A DNA stretch of 64,000 nucleotides, from positions 1 through 64,000 of the IMG/VR virus record IMGVR_UViG_3300027742_000001; one strand, written 5' to 3'. The stretch is from a virus. Below the pieces are notes generated by a model that saw only the letters and a program-made list of their open reading frames with translations, was not told where the DNA came from and made no database searches. Positions 1-11,548 of the stretch are shown one piece after another. Numbering within the stretch: the first letter of the stretch is position 1; each line of letters opens with the position of its first letter. The position numbers were made by a program, and so were the translations under genes.

Positions 1-2
1 GT

Positions 3-428
3 ATTATAAGTAAGGATGCTACTGAAATTTATGAATCTAGGGATAGGGTATATATTCAAGGTTTAAACCCTATATACGATAATTCTACTGCTTCAGTAGA
101 AGACCCAAACAAAGACATTTATAATGAGGTTCTTGAAACATTTAAGGAGTTAGGTAAAGGAGAAACTTCTGAGCCTAAACTTGGGGATAGGGTTTTGGTT
201 AGGAATGAGTTGGTTCTGTCTTGGGAAGAGATGATTTATGTAACAACCTTGCCAAAAAAATGTAAACTTAAATATATAGTTGTAGCAGATTATACTGAGA
301 TAGAATTTAAGCAAGGATTAGAATATGAGATAGAATCCTATGCTTATATGAAACCTCTTAAACAAGAAAATAACTTCGAGGTACTAAGCGAGGATACTTT
401 CGAGGTGAGTTTTTGGGTGAAAGGTTAG
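3..428 (+). CDS. Hypothetical phage protein, 5'-truncated by the window edge
   Basis: The frame of track ORF 195..428 stays open back to position 3. Confidence 0.7.
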   Translation: MISKDATEIYESRDRVYIQGLNPIYDNSTASVEDPNKDIYNEVLETFKELGKGETSEPKLGDRVLVRNELVLSWEEMIYVTTLPKKCKLKYIVVADYTEIEFKQGLEYEIESYAYMKPLKQENNFEVLSEDTFEVSFWVKG

Positions 429-506
429 GTGGAGTTTTATAAAGAGTACCTAAAAAGGGTACTCAATGAACATTGTTTTCAAAATTGAACAAGAAAGGAG
501 ATTAGA

Positions 507-1769
507 TTGGAAAATAAACCAAAGATTAAAGTAGTTGATTCTATCATGGGTCAAGGAAAGACTACTTGGGCTATAAACTTTATGAAACAAAATGCTGATG
601 AAAGATTTATGTATATTACACCTTACTTAGATGAGGTTGAGAGAGTACAACAAGCTTTACCTTTAGCAAAGACACCTTATGTAAATCATAAAGAGAAAAA
701 AGCTAAGTTAGATACCTTAAGGGATTATACATTTAATGGTATTAATATAATTACTACTCATGCTTTACTAAGTAGGTTTGACTTAGAGATACAAGAGAAT
801 ATAAAAGTAGGGGAGTATACTCTTATACTTGATGAGGTTGCTAGTATTGCTGAGGAGTTTACTTTTAAAACAGAAACAGATAAAGAAGATTTCTTTAATT
901 ACTATGCTTACATTGATGAAGATGGTTATGTTCGTTGGGATGAAGTTAAACACCCTATTGATAAATACTCTAAAGGAAGTAAGTTCTATGAAGAAATGGT
1001 ATTATGTATTAACGGACATTTACTATCTGTTAATAATAAGTTAATGATGTGGGAATTACCAGTAAATATATTCAAACAATTTAAGGAAGTATATATATTA
1101 ACGTATCTCTTTAATGGGAGTATTCAAAAACCTTACTTTGACTTATATAATGTTGAATATGAGTATCTATCAGTTAAAAAAGGTGAGCTAGTAAATTATG
1201 AGCCAACTTCAGGTGAAGTTAAACAAGAGATAGCCGATTTAATAAGAATAGTTGAGTCAGATAAACTTAATAGTATTGGAGATGATTATTATGCTTTAAG
1301 TAGTACTTGGTTTAGAAAGAATGTAAAAGAAGGTTCTGTTTATACTAACTCCTTAAGAAAGAATGGTAACAACTTCTTCAAAACATTATGTAAAGGGACT
1401 GCTAATGAGAATATGGTTACAACTCTCAAAGAGAAGTATAATCTAATATCTGATAAAGGATGGGCTAGTCATAAAACTTCTTATGTATCTTTTAATGTAA
1501 GAGCTACTAACAACTATATTCATAAGAAGAACTTAGCATATATTCTCAATGTATTCCCTCATACAAGCCTTACTATGTATTTCTCCCATAGGAGTGATAA
1601 TATAAGTATTAATGAAGATGAATTTGCTTTAGGTACTTTAATACAATGGATATGGAGAAGTAGAATTAGAAACCAATCTGCTTCAAAAGAGGATAGGGAG
1701 ATAAACCTTTATATACCTTCTAAACGAATGAGAGATATTCTTAAGACATGGTTAGAAGTAAAAAAGTGA
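507..1769 (+). CDS. SF2 helicase-like putative replication origin-binding/initiator protein
   Basis: Walker A-like VVDSIMGQGKTT, Walker B LILDEV, C-terminal QWIWRSRIR...LYIPSKRMR; GGAG RBS before a TTG start; followed by a long non-coding region. Confidence 0.7.
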   Translation: MENKPKIKVVDSIMGQGKTTWAINFMKQNADERFMYITPYLDEVERVQQALPLAKTPYVNHKEKKAKLDTLRDYTFNGINIITTHALLSRFDLEIQENIKVGEYTLILDEVASIAEEFTFKTETDKEDFFNYYAYIDEDGYVRWDEVKHPIDKYSKGSKFYEEMVLCINGHLLSVNNKLMMWELPVNIFKQFKEVYILTYLFNGSIQKPYFDLYNVEYEYLSVKKGELVNYEPTSGEVKQEIADLIRIVESDKLNSIGDDYYALSSTWFRKNVKEGSVYTNSLRKNGNNFFKTLCKGTANENMVTTLKEKYNLISDKGWASHKTSYVSFNVRATNNYIHKKNLAYILNVFPHTSLTMYFSHRSDNISINEDEFALGTLIQWIWRSRIRNQSASKEDREINLYIPSKRMRDILKTWLEVKK

Positions 1770-2840
1770 AAACAGAACTGCTAACGTCAGGTTAAAATAA
1801 ACAAATCCTTTTTTGCACCTTTTCCTAATATCCTTTTAAGGGATAGCCTCTACAAGCCCCTATTGATGGGGCTAAATTTCAATTCTTGAACCTTTTGAAA
1901 ATCAATGAAAAGTAAAACCCCTTAAAATGGGACTTCCTAAAAACACCTTTTAGAGTATATTTCTCTAAACATTTCCCTTTTAATATTTCCATAAAAAATA
2001 TCCTTTTAAAATCTCTTTAAAAACAAAATCTCACAAAACAATCTCATTAGTAAGTTTCATTAAACAATTCTCTCTAAACATTTCTCTAAACCTTTACCTA
2101 AAAAATTACTCACAAAGTATTTTCATTAAATATTCTCATTAAAACAAACCCCTTTAATAATCTTCCTTAAACAAACCCTCTAAACCCTTTTACGGAACAA
2201 TTCTAAATAATATCCACAAAAAACAACATTTTTAAACCACTCCTAAAAAATATCCTCACAAAACATCTTCATTAAACCTTTCTTTAAAGACCTACCTTTA
2301 AAAACAAATATCTTATAATATAACACCTTGAGCGAAGCGAAAGGAAGGCTTACTAAACCTTTTTATCAATGTTCTTAAAAAACATATCTCTAAAAAACTT
2401 TTACTTAATAAGCAAGTCCTTTATGGGTGAACTTATGAAACAATTTAATAAACAAACTTTATCAAACAATCTTGTAAATAATTCTTTAGAACATACCTTT
2501 AGAATAATCTTTTTAAAACTCATTGATAAACAATTTTGTAACAATGTTTGTAAGACTTCCTTTTAATGTTTACTTGTTAAGGCTTTACTTAATAAGGTTT
2601 ATTTTACTTCGACTTTCAGTCTCGTAAAATTGTTATTTATTAAAATGTTTTTTCTTTTTATGATAATTTTTAAAATAGTTTATTTATTCCTCTGAATAGA
2701 TTTGTTTTATTAACGGTAGGGTTAGGCAAGGTTTCTTCTTGCGATAGCAAGGAGGAAGCTATGGACAATAAAGTTTTATTATTCAATCTCTTAAATAAGA
2801 CCTCTAAAAAGAAAACCTAAAAAGAATCTTATTTAGTCTT
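1770..2840. other. Long non-coding region, candidate replication origin
   Basis: About 1.1 kb with no credible ORF; plus strand C-rich/G-poor with degenerate AAACAWTYCTC repeats, then T-rich after about 2560; CG-rich mini-hairpins at 2332, 2611 and 2738. Confidence 0.55.
1855..1873 (+). terminator. Hairpin after the initiator gene
   Basis: AGCCCC-tattgat-GGGGCT. Confidence 0.4.
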
Positions 2841-2844
2841 TACT

Positions 2845-2877
2845 TTAATAAAACTTTAAGAAACAATCCTATATGAT
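2845..2877 (+). promoter_or_regulatory. Phage promoter, copy 1
   Basis: TTAAT-N6-TTAAG-N11-TATGAT, then leader and GAGGAG RBS. Confidence 0.7.
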
Positions 2878-2910
2878 ACTTTTATCAAAACAAAATTAAG
2901 AGGAGAAACT

Positions 2911-4013
2911 ATGGAAACATACAAAAAAGTAAGAAAAACTTTAATAGACTTAGATAGATTTATTTTAAGAAATAATAATTCAAAGAATTGGTTTATGGAT
3001 GCTAATGCTTTATATGAATTTTATGAAGAACCTAAACATAATGGTTATGGTTGGTATAGAAATATAGAATATAAAAATAAGAGAAGATAAAGGAGAAACA
3101 ATGGAAGAATATTATGAAGTAGAAGTTCCTTATAGTGGTTATGTAAGAGGAGATATTATTTATAAAGTTAAAGCTACATCTAAACTTGAAGCAGTAATCT
3201 TAGTAAAGGAACACAAAGGAGAAGAGGTTACAAGAAATATTATTAGAGATGATACTTCTGAGGAGCTAGACTATGCAGAATGTTATGGAAAGTTTTTAGA
3301 TAATAATACTAAACTAAAAGAAGTAATAGAATTTCTTAAGGACTTAAAAACTAAAGGGTATCTTGATATGGATATGTACTTAGAAGATTTGCCTAAAGCA
3401 ATTAAAATATTAGAAGAATTAAAGGAGAAATAATGAAATTAACTATTAAAGAACACGCATATAAAAATGCTAAAAAGAGATGTGGATTAAATAAAAAGTC
3501 TTTTGATAAATTAGTACAAAACGCTATTAAAGGAGATATTAAATTACATAAAACTAAAAATCATTTAAACAAATGGATATGCTCTCAAACATTAAATCAT
3601 AAAAATATTATGAGCGTTTTAGTTTATGATAAATATTTATTACTTTATACTAATGATGTAGTAATTTCTGTTTATCAAATACCTCAAAGGTTATTACCTA
3701 TATCAAAATTTATTATTAAGGAGAAACAATGGACAACATAGACTACACACCTACAAGAAGTAATAGTTATGGAAGAGTACCTCCATTAGAAATTACTCTA
3801 GATACTTATCCTGAAGGATATATCAACAACAAAGCTATTGAGTACTTAATCTCTGAGTTTACTTTTTTAACAAAAAATATACTAAGTTATGAAGAAGCTT
3901 GTTCTTATTGGATACATAATTGTAATAATCAAGGAATAAAGTGTACTAAACAAGAAGTACAAGAAGCATATGATATTTGTTATGGTTATGGATGTGAGTT
4001 TGAGTGGAACTAA
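2911..4013 (+). CDS. Cluster of small hypothetical ORFs: 2911..3090 (not in track), 3101..3433, 3433..3741, 3729..4013
   Basis: Each has an AGGAG RBS and abuts or overlaps its neighbour. Confidence 0.7.
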
Positions 4014-4018
4014 TCTAA

Positions 4019-4051
4019 TTAAGTAAACTCTAAGCAAACACATTATATAAT
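4019..4051 (+). promoter_or_regulatory. Phage promoter, copy 2
   Basis: TTAAG-N6-CTAAG-N11-TATAAT. Confidence 0.75.
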
Positions 4052-4082
4052 ACATTTATAAAACAACAAAAAGGAGAAAAAC

Positions 4083-5434
4083 ATGAAAACAAACAAAATT
4101 AAAATCAAAGAAGAATTTATCCAAAAGGTAAAAACTGAAAAAGTAGGTGTTATTTGTAATACCCTTGAAGAAATTGAAGTATGGTATAACTTTTTAGATA
4201 AACATATGGATAAAGATTTAGGTAGGTACGATACTATGGAAGGTAAGAAATATGCAAAGGAGCGTAGGTTAGGTAAAGTTATTGCTAATAGTACTGCTTA
4301 TAAGAACATTTGTGAATTTAGTGGAAAAGAATATTTCTCTAAAAAAGGCTACACAATATATAACTTCAAAGATATTATTGAAGAAGAAACACCTCAAGTA
4401 AACTCACAAGAAATTGAAGTAGGAGATATTGTAGAGTTTATTAATCCTGATAGTAAAAATGCAAGTTACTTCAAAGGACATTTTACTAATTTAAAGGTTA
4501 AGGGTATTACAAGTGATAGAGACTATATTCATGTTTATTCAGAGGAATTAAAAGAGGCTTGGTATATAGATTTTGATGAAGTTAAACTAACAAGTAAAAG
4601 AGTTCCAACAGTAATTCCTAATCCGTTAACTTATGCAACAGAGTGTCCTAAAAAGGATACAACAGAACAACAAAGTCAACAAGAAAAATACTTAGTATAT
4701 GTTAATGGAAAAGGACAACCTAAAGTAAGACATACTTATGAAAATGCTGTTAAAGAAGCTAAAAGGTTAAGTGCTAAAGAAGTTAATAAAGAGGTTTATG
4801 TTGTACAAATTATGAACACATTTAAATCAGAAATTATTGTAAATGAAATATAAAGGAGAACAAATGAAAATTGAAAACTTAGAAAGGGTAATCTCACTAA
4901 AAGATGAATATGAGGCAATATTAAAACAAATAGAAACTATAAAAAACAATATAGATAGAGATGATTTATCATTTAGTTTATATGAGTATGGAGATAGTAG
5001 TGGCTTTTATATTGGAGATATTTATTACAAAGGAAACGTACCGAGTAATCTTTACAAAGGTATTTTAAAAGATGTTTTAGTAAGATTTGAAGCTCATAAA
5101 GAGTTATTACTAAAAGAATTAGAAGAGTTATAAGAGTTATAAGAACTATAAGAACTATAAAGGAGAATAAATGAAGAAAAATATAGAACAACAAATTAAA
5201 CAACAACAATTACAGTTATTACTTTACCAAGGGAAAGTTTTAATGAATCATACTTACGGGTTTGTTTATTCAGATTCTAAAGGGAAACAAGTTAAGATAA
5301 ATTGTGGTAAGAATAGAAAAGGTAAAGACTTCTCTTTTAGCAACCCTCAATATTGGAGAGTACTAAGTACTTTTGAGGGAATTATTGTTAAGTTAGGTTT
5401 ATATAAACTTATTAGTATTAAGTTTAAAAAATAA
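4083..5434 (+). CDS. Hypothetical ORFs 4083..4853, 4843..5133, 5171..5434
   Basis: AAGGAG RBSs and phage-like codon use; no recognised function. Confidence 0.7.
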
Positions 5435-5724
5435 GGAGAATAAATGAATAATGAAATTGAAGACTTAAGAGAAAGATTTAAAAACCTTATTGTTAATACT
5501 TGTAATAAAATAGGTTGTAAAAATTGTCATTTAGAATGGAAAGGTGGTTGTCCTGCAACTGAGTTACAAGATAAAATAAATGATTTGGAAATGGAAGAGT
5601 TTAAAAATAAGAATAAAAACTAACTTTTAGTATTACGATATAAATAAAGCTTAAAAGGTTTAGCCTATACATTATACCTTTTTGAATAGTTCTTTAAAAT
5701 TTATATCGTAAAAAGGTATTCTAT

Positions 5725-5757
5725 TTAAGGATTATTTAATAAAGTAAGTGTTATAAT
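5725..5757 (+). promoter_or_regulatory. Phage promoter, copy 3
   Basis: TTAAG-N6-TTAAT-N11-TATAAT with TGn extension. Confidence 0.75.
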
Positions 5758-5802
5758 ACTAATGTTTAAAAAATAAGAGTAAATTAAAAGGAGAAAATTA
5801 AA

Positions 5803-6692
5803 ATGAGAAATTTAAAAGAAGAAATGCTTAGTTTAATTGATTATTATAATAAAAGTATCGAAGATATTGATTATTGTTATATTCATAGTGCTAGTTGGCT
5901 TGATGAAGATGTAAAAGTACATTGTAAAGGTAATTTTGATTTAGAATATTTAGACTTTGAGTATAATAATGGATTCGGTGGTAGAGAAGTGGGTGGCTTT
6001 ATTGTGTTTAAAGATAAAGCATGGTTAGAAAGAAATGAGTACGATGGCTCTGAATGGTGGGAATACCTAGAAACACCTACTTTAGAAAACATAAAAGGAG
6101 AAAATTAATGAATAAAGAAACAAATGAACAAAATGAGTTAAAAGAAACAAAAGACCTAAACAAAATAACTAAATTCAGAATCTTTAAAAGTAAAGAATCA
6201 GAGGAAGTTATTACAGGAGTTATTTTAAATGCTGATTCTGAAAGTATTAAACAAGAAGAATACACTAAGCAAAAGGATACTAAAGGAAGGGAATTAGTAA
6301 AAGGTACTAGAATAGTTGGTAACTTAGAAGTTCTTTTAGATAAAACTAACTATGATATATTAGAGAAAAGGTCTTGGGAGAATTTCAATCAAGATATTTC
6401 TGAGGGATTAAGTGCTACACATATGTTTAATTTAATAGAAACTAATGGTAAGAGTTATAAAGTTAAAATTTAAGTTAAGGAGGATATAATGTTAATAGGA
6501 TATAATGAAAAGTTTGAAGTAAGATGTATTATAGAGGAAGGTATAGCTAAGTGTAAAGATGAAAGGGTTAATAATGTATATTTTCCTACTTGTACTGGAG
6601 TTGATGATGGGGAATATATTATCAAAGGAAGCTATAATAGGACTATTGATAAAGTTCATATTTTACCAAGAGATATTATTAAAGTAAATTAA
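5803..6692 (+). CDS. Hypothetical ORFs 5803..6108, about 6108..6473, 6489..6692
   Basis: RBS-bearing and translationally coupled. Confidence 0.65.
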
Positions 6693-6693
6693 T

Positions 6694-7638
6694 ATGGAAG
6701 ATTATAAACAAAAACTTTTAGAATATCTTGAAACAAATGATTTAAAACATAAAGACTCAGGAAATAAGGTACAACACGTGTGTATTTCACCTAATCATTC
6801 AGAGGAAAATCCTTCAGCATTTACTTCTTTTGAAAATGAAGGGGAATACTATGTACATTGTTCTTCATGTGGATTTCATTTAAATATGACTCAATTAGTA
6901 GAATTTCTTGGAGGAAAGGTTGATAAAAAATTATTATTTAAAAACAAAATGGATAAAATGTTCAAAGAGTTCAAAGCTAAAAGAGAACTCCAAGAAAGTA
7001 AACCTAAAAATGATTGGAAAAATAGTATCTTTTTACCTCCTAAATATAAAGACTTCAAACAAAATTATAGAGGGATAAGTCCTAAAACATTTTCTAAAGT
7101 AAGTTGTTTTATAACAGATAGTAATCATTATTATAAAAAGAGATTAATTTTTCCGTTATATAATTATAAAAAAGAATTACAAGGATTTGATGCTGTCAGT
7201 ACAAGTAAAGATATTGTTCCTAAAGTTCTTCGTTCTAAGAATTGTAAAACAGATAATTTCTTTGGGTTTGAAGATTTGTTAAATCAAGAAGACTTCAAGG
7301 AAGCTAATACATTATTTATTAACGAAGGGTTATTCTCTGCTTTAGCTTTTATAGAATTAGGATATAAAGCAGTATATAACTTCGGAGTTGCTTCAATAGA
7401 AGACAAGCTTGAAGTTCTTTATAAAAGTAATATTAAACAAATAGTCCTTGTAGGGGATAAAGACTCAGCAGGATTTGAGTTTAATGGTAAGAGTTATCAT
7501 TTATTAAAGAAATCTTTTAAAGTAAAATTCTTTAAACACCCATGGAGTGCTTCTGAAAAGAGTGATTCAAACGACTATCTTAAAGAAGATAAACAAAAGT
7601 TACAAGAGTTAATAGATAAGACTCTTAAAATAATTTAA
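6694..7638 (+). CDS. DNA primase (Zn finger + TOPRIM)
   Basis: CISPNH...CSSC zinc-binding region, RLIFP, NEGLFSALA and GDKDSAG (DxD) TOPRIM motifs, DSND. Confidence 0.9.
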   Translation: MEDYKQKLLEYLETNDLKHKDSGNKVQHVCISPNHSEENPSAFTSFENEGEYYVHCSSCGFHLNMTQLVEFLGGKVDKKLLFKNKMDKMFKEFKAKRELQESKPKNDWKNSIFLPPKYKDFKQNYRGISPKTFSKVSCFITDSNHYYKKRLIFPLYNYKKELQGFDAVSTSKDIVPKVLRSKNCKTDNFFGFEDLLNQEDFKEANTLFINEGLFSALAFIELGYKAVYNFGVASIEDKLEVLYKSNIKQIVLVGDKDSAGFEFNGKSYHLLKKSFKVKFFKHPWSASEKSDSNDYLKEDKQKLQELIDKTLKII

Positions 7639-7755
7639 ATATATAACCCTATAACCTCTATAGTGCTTAAAATACTTTACATTTTTACGAATATCGTTAT
7701 TTTGTAAAGTATTTCTTACATAAATTCCCGAAAAATATTCCTAAACACCTATAAA

Positions 7756-7788
7756 TTAAGCTTACTTTAAACTTACTATTGATATAAT
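7756..7788 (+). promoter_or_regulatory. Phage promoter, copy 4
   Basis: TTAAG-N6-TTAAA-N11-TATAAT. Confidence 0.75.
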
Positions 7789-7821
7789 TCTTTATAAATA
7801 AAATTTAAAAGGAGAAATAAA

Positions 7822-8924
7822 ATGAAAGAGATAACAAAAAAGTATTATATGAATGCACCTTGTGAGGTAATAAGAAAAATATCTGATGATTTTTCAGAAG
7901 TAAAAGTATATCCACAATTCAGAGATGATTTAGAGGGTAGTCAATGGTGTACAGAATGTATGGTAGGAAATCAAGGAACACCACAAAGACATACTTGTGA
8001 TGAATACCAAGAGGTAATAGATGCTTTACAAGATGTTGAAAATTATATATTATGTATTGTTGAAAATAGACTTTTAGCTGATGAGCCTATTGAGTTTAAG
8101 AAAATAAAAGCTTTAGATAATGTTATAAAAGTAAAAGAGGATATTATCTCTAATAACTCTTCAACTATATCAGTATTAAATAATAAAATAGACATTCAAG
8201 AAAAGTATTTAGAGGAGTTAAAAGGGTTTATTGCGAAGTCAGAAGAAATAATTGAGAATAATAAACAAGAAATGGAAATATATTCAAATAAAATCTTAGA
8301 TTTGAAGAAACAATATACTATTACCACACCTAGAAACATAGATATAACAAAAGAAGAATATGAACACTTATTAAAAAGAGATTATATATTAAATAAACTT
8401 GAAATTGGAGGTGTTGATAATTGGGAATGGTATGGAGAGAGTTATCCTAGTGATGAAGAACTAGAAGATTTAATTTAAAAGGAGAAAAAATGAATCAATT
8501 TGAAAGATTTACATTTATCTATAAAAATGCACTTGGAGAGTGGGGTGATTGTACAAACCCTAAGTTTATTGCAGAACATAAATGTTGTTATGCAATTTTA
8601 AATGAAGATATTATTCATAATTTTATTGATAAAAGAGATATGTTACAAAAACTTAATGATATTGAACTATCAGATAAAACTAAAGAATTTATGAATACTT
8701 TTAGTATAAGATAAGGAGAAATAATGAGTCAACTAACATTTAAAGTTATTCCAACAAAGTTTATAGATATGGATTTTGTTAAAGTAGTTTTTGTAAATCT
8801 TAATGGAGATATTGTCGAACAAACTTCGGCAGATTTTATTCATCATAATTTAGATGAAGCTATTGATTACTTTGAAAGTGTTTTGAAAGATTTAAAACAA
8901 CAAAAATTTGAGGAAGAAGAATAA
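7822..8924 (+). CDS. Hypothetical ORFs 7822..8478 (coiled coil, C-terminal GVDNWEWY), 8490..8714, 8724..8924
   Basis: RBSs present; GVDNWxxY is a motif I recognise from phage hypothetical proteins. Confidence 0.65.
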
Positions 8925-9224
8925 TGGTAAAATATTACTTAAATACAAAAGAGAATGATGAAAGAATAACTAAAGAGTATAACCTCGTAGGTTTTAAATT
9001 TGATGGTAAATATATAAAAATATTTGGAGCTTGTTATAAATATGAAGATGTAAGTAATAACCACTTTGTTAGAAGAGTTTATAAGGAAGGAGAATAATGG
9101 ATAGTATAAGAACAATATTAGCATTTCCTTTTGGTTTATTTGCTGAGTTATTTGCAAGAATTGCTTTATTTATACAACCTGATTTAGATGTTGATTTCAA
9201 TTATCTAAGTACAGATAGAGATTA

Positions 9225-9593
9225 TTGGAAAAGAAAATGAATAAAGTTATTATTCAAGGAACAGTTTCAGATATAATTGATATTAAGCAATGTATCTATA
9301 AAGTTACAACAGAGAGTTTAACAGGAACAATGATTTATAAAGTTATCTCAACAAAACCTTTAAGGAAAGATGATAATGTAATTGTTGTTGGAGAACTTAT
9401 TCATAATATTAATTATTTAGGAATACATGAAGCAAATGGTTTAGTAAGAGATATAAGAGAGCTTGTTTTAGAAGCAGATATTGTTGAGATTAAGTCTTTT
9501 GGACAATATGATTACTCAGAATATTCTGATAAAGTTGATTTAGAAAATGCTTTTGATAATCATATTTCTTATAATAATAGTATAAAGTGGTAA
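9225..9593 (+). CDS. OB-fold single-stranded DNA-binding-like protein
   Basis: MNKVIIQGTV start, L(R)KDDNVIVVGEL strand and acidic tail match the SSB pattern. Confidence 0.5.
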   Translation: MEKKMNKVIIQGTVSDIIDIKQCIYKVTTESLTGTMIYKVISTKPLRKDDNVIVVGELIHNINYLGIHEANGLVRDIRELVLEADIVEIKSFGQYDYSEYSDKVDLENAFDNHISYNNSIKW

Positions 9594-9823
9594 AGGAGGA
9601 ACTATGTTAAATAAAGAACAAATAGAAAAGTATCAAAATGAAATTAATAATTTAAATAAAGTTTATGAAAAGCAACGAGAAAAACTTAATAATGTAATTT
9701 CTGTGTTAGATACTATTACAAAAGAGTTTCAAAGTAAATGTTCTCATAAAAATAGAATTGATAATGAATATTTTAGTACATTTACTTGTAAAGATTGTGG
9801 AAAAGTTTTATATTTTTAAGCTA

Positions 9824-9856
9824 TTAAGCTATATTTAATAAACATTGTGTAATAAT
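9824..9856 (+). promoter_or_regulatory. Phage promoter, copy 5
   Basis: TTAAG-N6-TTAAT-N11-AATAAT; leader nearly identical to copy 1. Confidence 0.6.
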
Positions 9857-10492
9857 ACTTTTATCAAAACAAATTAAAGGAGAAAATTATGAGAAAAGAG
9901 AATAGAGTAGTTATACATTGGTTAAAACAAGTGAAAGATGGCATTAATAAAATGACTAAAGAAATAGAAAATTGTAAGCCTAGAGAAATTGAAAATATTA
10001 TGGATAAACATTTAAAAAGTGCTGAGGATTCAGTAGATAGAATGCAAGAGTTTTTATTTAAGTTAAGAAAATAATACACTTACAAAACAAATTTAAAGGA
10101 GAAAATTAAAATGAAAGAATTATTAAAAATTAAACTAAACATAAATACAAAGAAGGATTTATTGAAATTAACTCTTGACCAAAAAGAGATTATTCAATAT
10201 AATGCCTATAAAGATACTGAATTAGGGAGTAAGGATAGGTCAGCCCTTGATAAAGTAGTTGCAAAATTAAAACTTGAAGATGAATAATATAGTTGATTTA
10301 GTGCAAAGTTATATTAATCAAGGTATTGATAGTGATGTTGTACATGATGTTGTAGAGGATTACATTAATGAATTTAATTTAGGGGAGTATTTATGATTAC
10401 ATTTTTACTAATACTTATTTTTATTTGTTTAGTTTTATTAATGTTTCTAGCATAGTCTAAATTAAAAAAAAATAATTTAAGGAGAAAAGATA

Positions 10493-10915
10493 ATGAGCAA
10501 AAATAATATAACAAACAATATTCAACAAGCTAAAGAAGATTTTAGAGAGAATTCTTTAGTATTAAAAGTTAAACCATATACCTTAAGAAGATTTGATACT
10601 TATAATTATGTTGTTAGTACAGAGAAAACAAATAAAAATACTAATGAAGATTATGAAGTAGTTCTTGGGTATTATAGTTCTTTACATAGTGTTTTAGTAA
10701 GTTTATTCAAAAGAATTTACAAAAAATATCCTAGAAAAGAAGCTTTTGTTAAATATTACTTTTATAAAGCTAAGTTTGGAGTAAAAGATTTGAACGCAGA
10801 AGTTAAAAAAGAGTTTAATAAAGAGGTTAAATTAAGTAAAACTAAAGGTTATGTGTTCTATAATACTTACATAACAAATACAGAAGCTATTGATTTAGGA
10901 GCTATTAAGCCTTAG
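10493..10915 (+). CDS. Hypothetical protein
   Basis: AAGGAG RBS; 140 aa ORF. Confidence 0.7.
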   Translation: MSKNNITNNIQQAKEDFRENSLVLKVKPYTLRRFDTYNYVVSTEKTNKNTNEDYEVVLGYYSSLHSVLVSLFKRIYKKYPRKEAFVKYYFYKAKFGVKDLNAEVKKEFNKEVKLSKTKGYVFYNTYITNTEAIDLGAIKP

Positions 10916-10936
10916 ATTAACTTTAGGGCTTCTTTT
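10907..10936 (+). terminator. Rho-independent terminator-like hairpin
   Basis: AAGCCTTAG-attaac-TTTAGGGCTT followed by CTTTT. Confidence 0.55.
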
Positions 10937-10948
10937 AAAGGAGAATTT

Positions 10949-11548
10949 ATGAGAAAATTTATCTTAACATTTTTAATAACACTATTTTGGGTGAATGTTT
11001 TATCAGCAAAGTCTATTGAATATTGGCATACAGAATTTAAGAAATTAAGTACACAAGAAAGAAGTGCTTTAGTAAAAACTTTTGTTAAAGCTATTCCGTA
11101 CGATTTGTCTTATACACTTACTGCTATACACTTTAAAGAAACATTTGGAGATAGATATTTTTATAATATTAACTCTGCAACAAGTGTTGATGTAGGTAGT
11201 TTCCAAATAAGTACAAGAGAGTATCTTAGAAGACAAAGTCTAAAACCTACCAAATGGAATACTGCAAGAGCAATGGAAGATTTAAGAGATTATGACCTAA
11301 ACTTTAGTGAAGCAATTATTACCTTAAATTCTTGTTTGAAGAAAGCTAAAGGTAATTGGAAAAAGGCTTGGGGATACTATAACCAATGGGGAAAAGGTGG
11401 TAATAAAGAATATTCTAAGGATATTTATAATATAATACAAGTTCTAAAGAAGTATTTTAGTCAAGAGCTTTATGAAATGAATAAAAGAAGATTAAATAAT
11501 AGTAAAAATAAAAGGAGATACCTTGTTAAATATATATATAGCAAATAA
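10949..11548 (+). CDS. Exported SLT/lysozyme-like lytic transglycosylase
   Basis: Signal peptide (..NVLSA), AIHFKET (catalytic Glu), GSFQI and YYN motifs. Confidence 0.7.
   Translation: MRKFILTFLITLFWVNVLSAKSIEYWHTEFKKLSTQERSALVKTFVKAIPYDLSYTLTAIHFKETFGDRYFYNINSATSVDVGSFQISTREYLRRQSLKPTKWNTARAMEDLRDYDLNFSEAIITLNSCLKKAKGNWKKAWGYYNQWGKGGNKEYSKDIYNIIQVLKKYFSQELYEMNKRRLNNSKNKRRYLVKYIYSK

Noticed and set aside
1980-2330. Possible CRISPR array or regular tandem repeat
   Set aside because: Repeats are short, degenerate and irregularly spaced, with no constant repeat-spacer pattern and no cas genes.
2369-2566. Track ORF of 65 aa inside the long intergenic region
   Set aside because: No RBS, and its composition mirrors the local repeats rather than phage codon use.
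10058-10110. Possible 14th promoter (TTAAG...TACACT with a copy of the AAAACAAAT-AAAGGAG leader)
   Set aside because: Spacing is 12 rather than 11 nt and the upstream TTAA box is missing; not counted.
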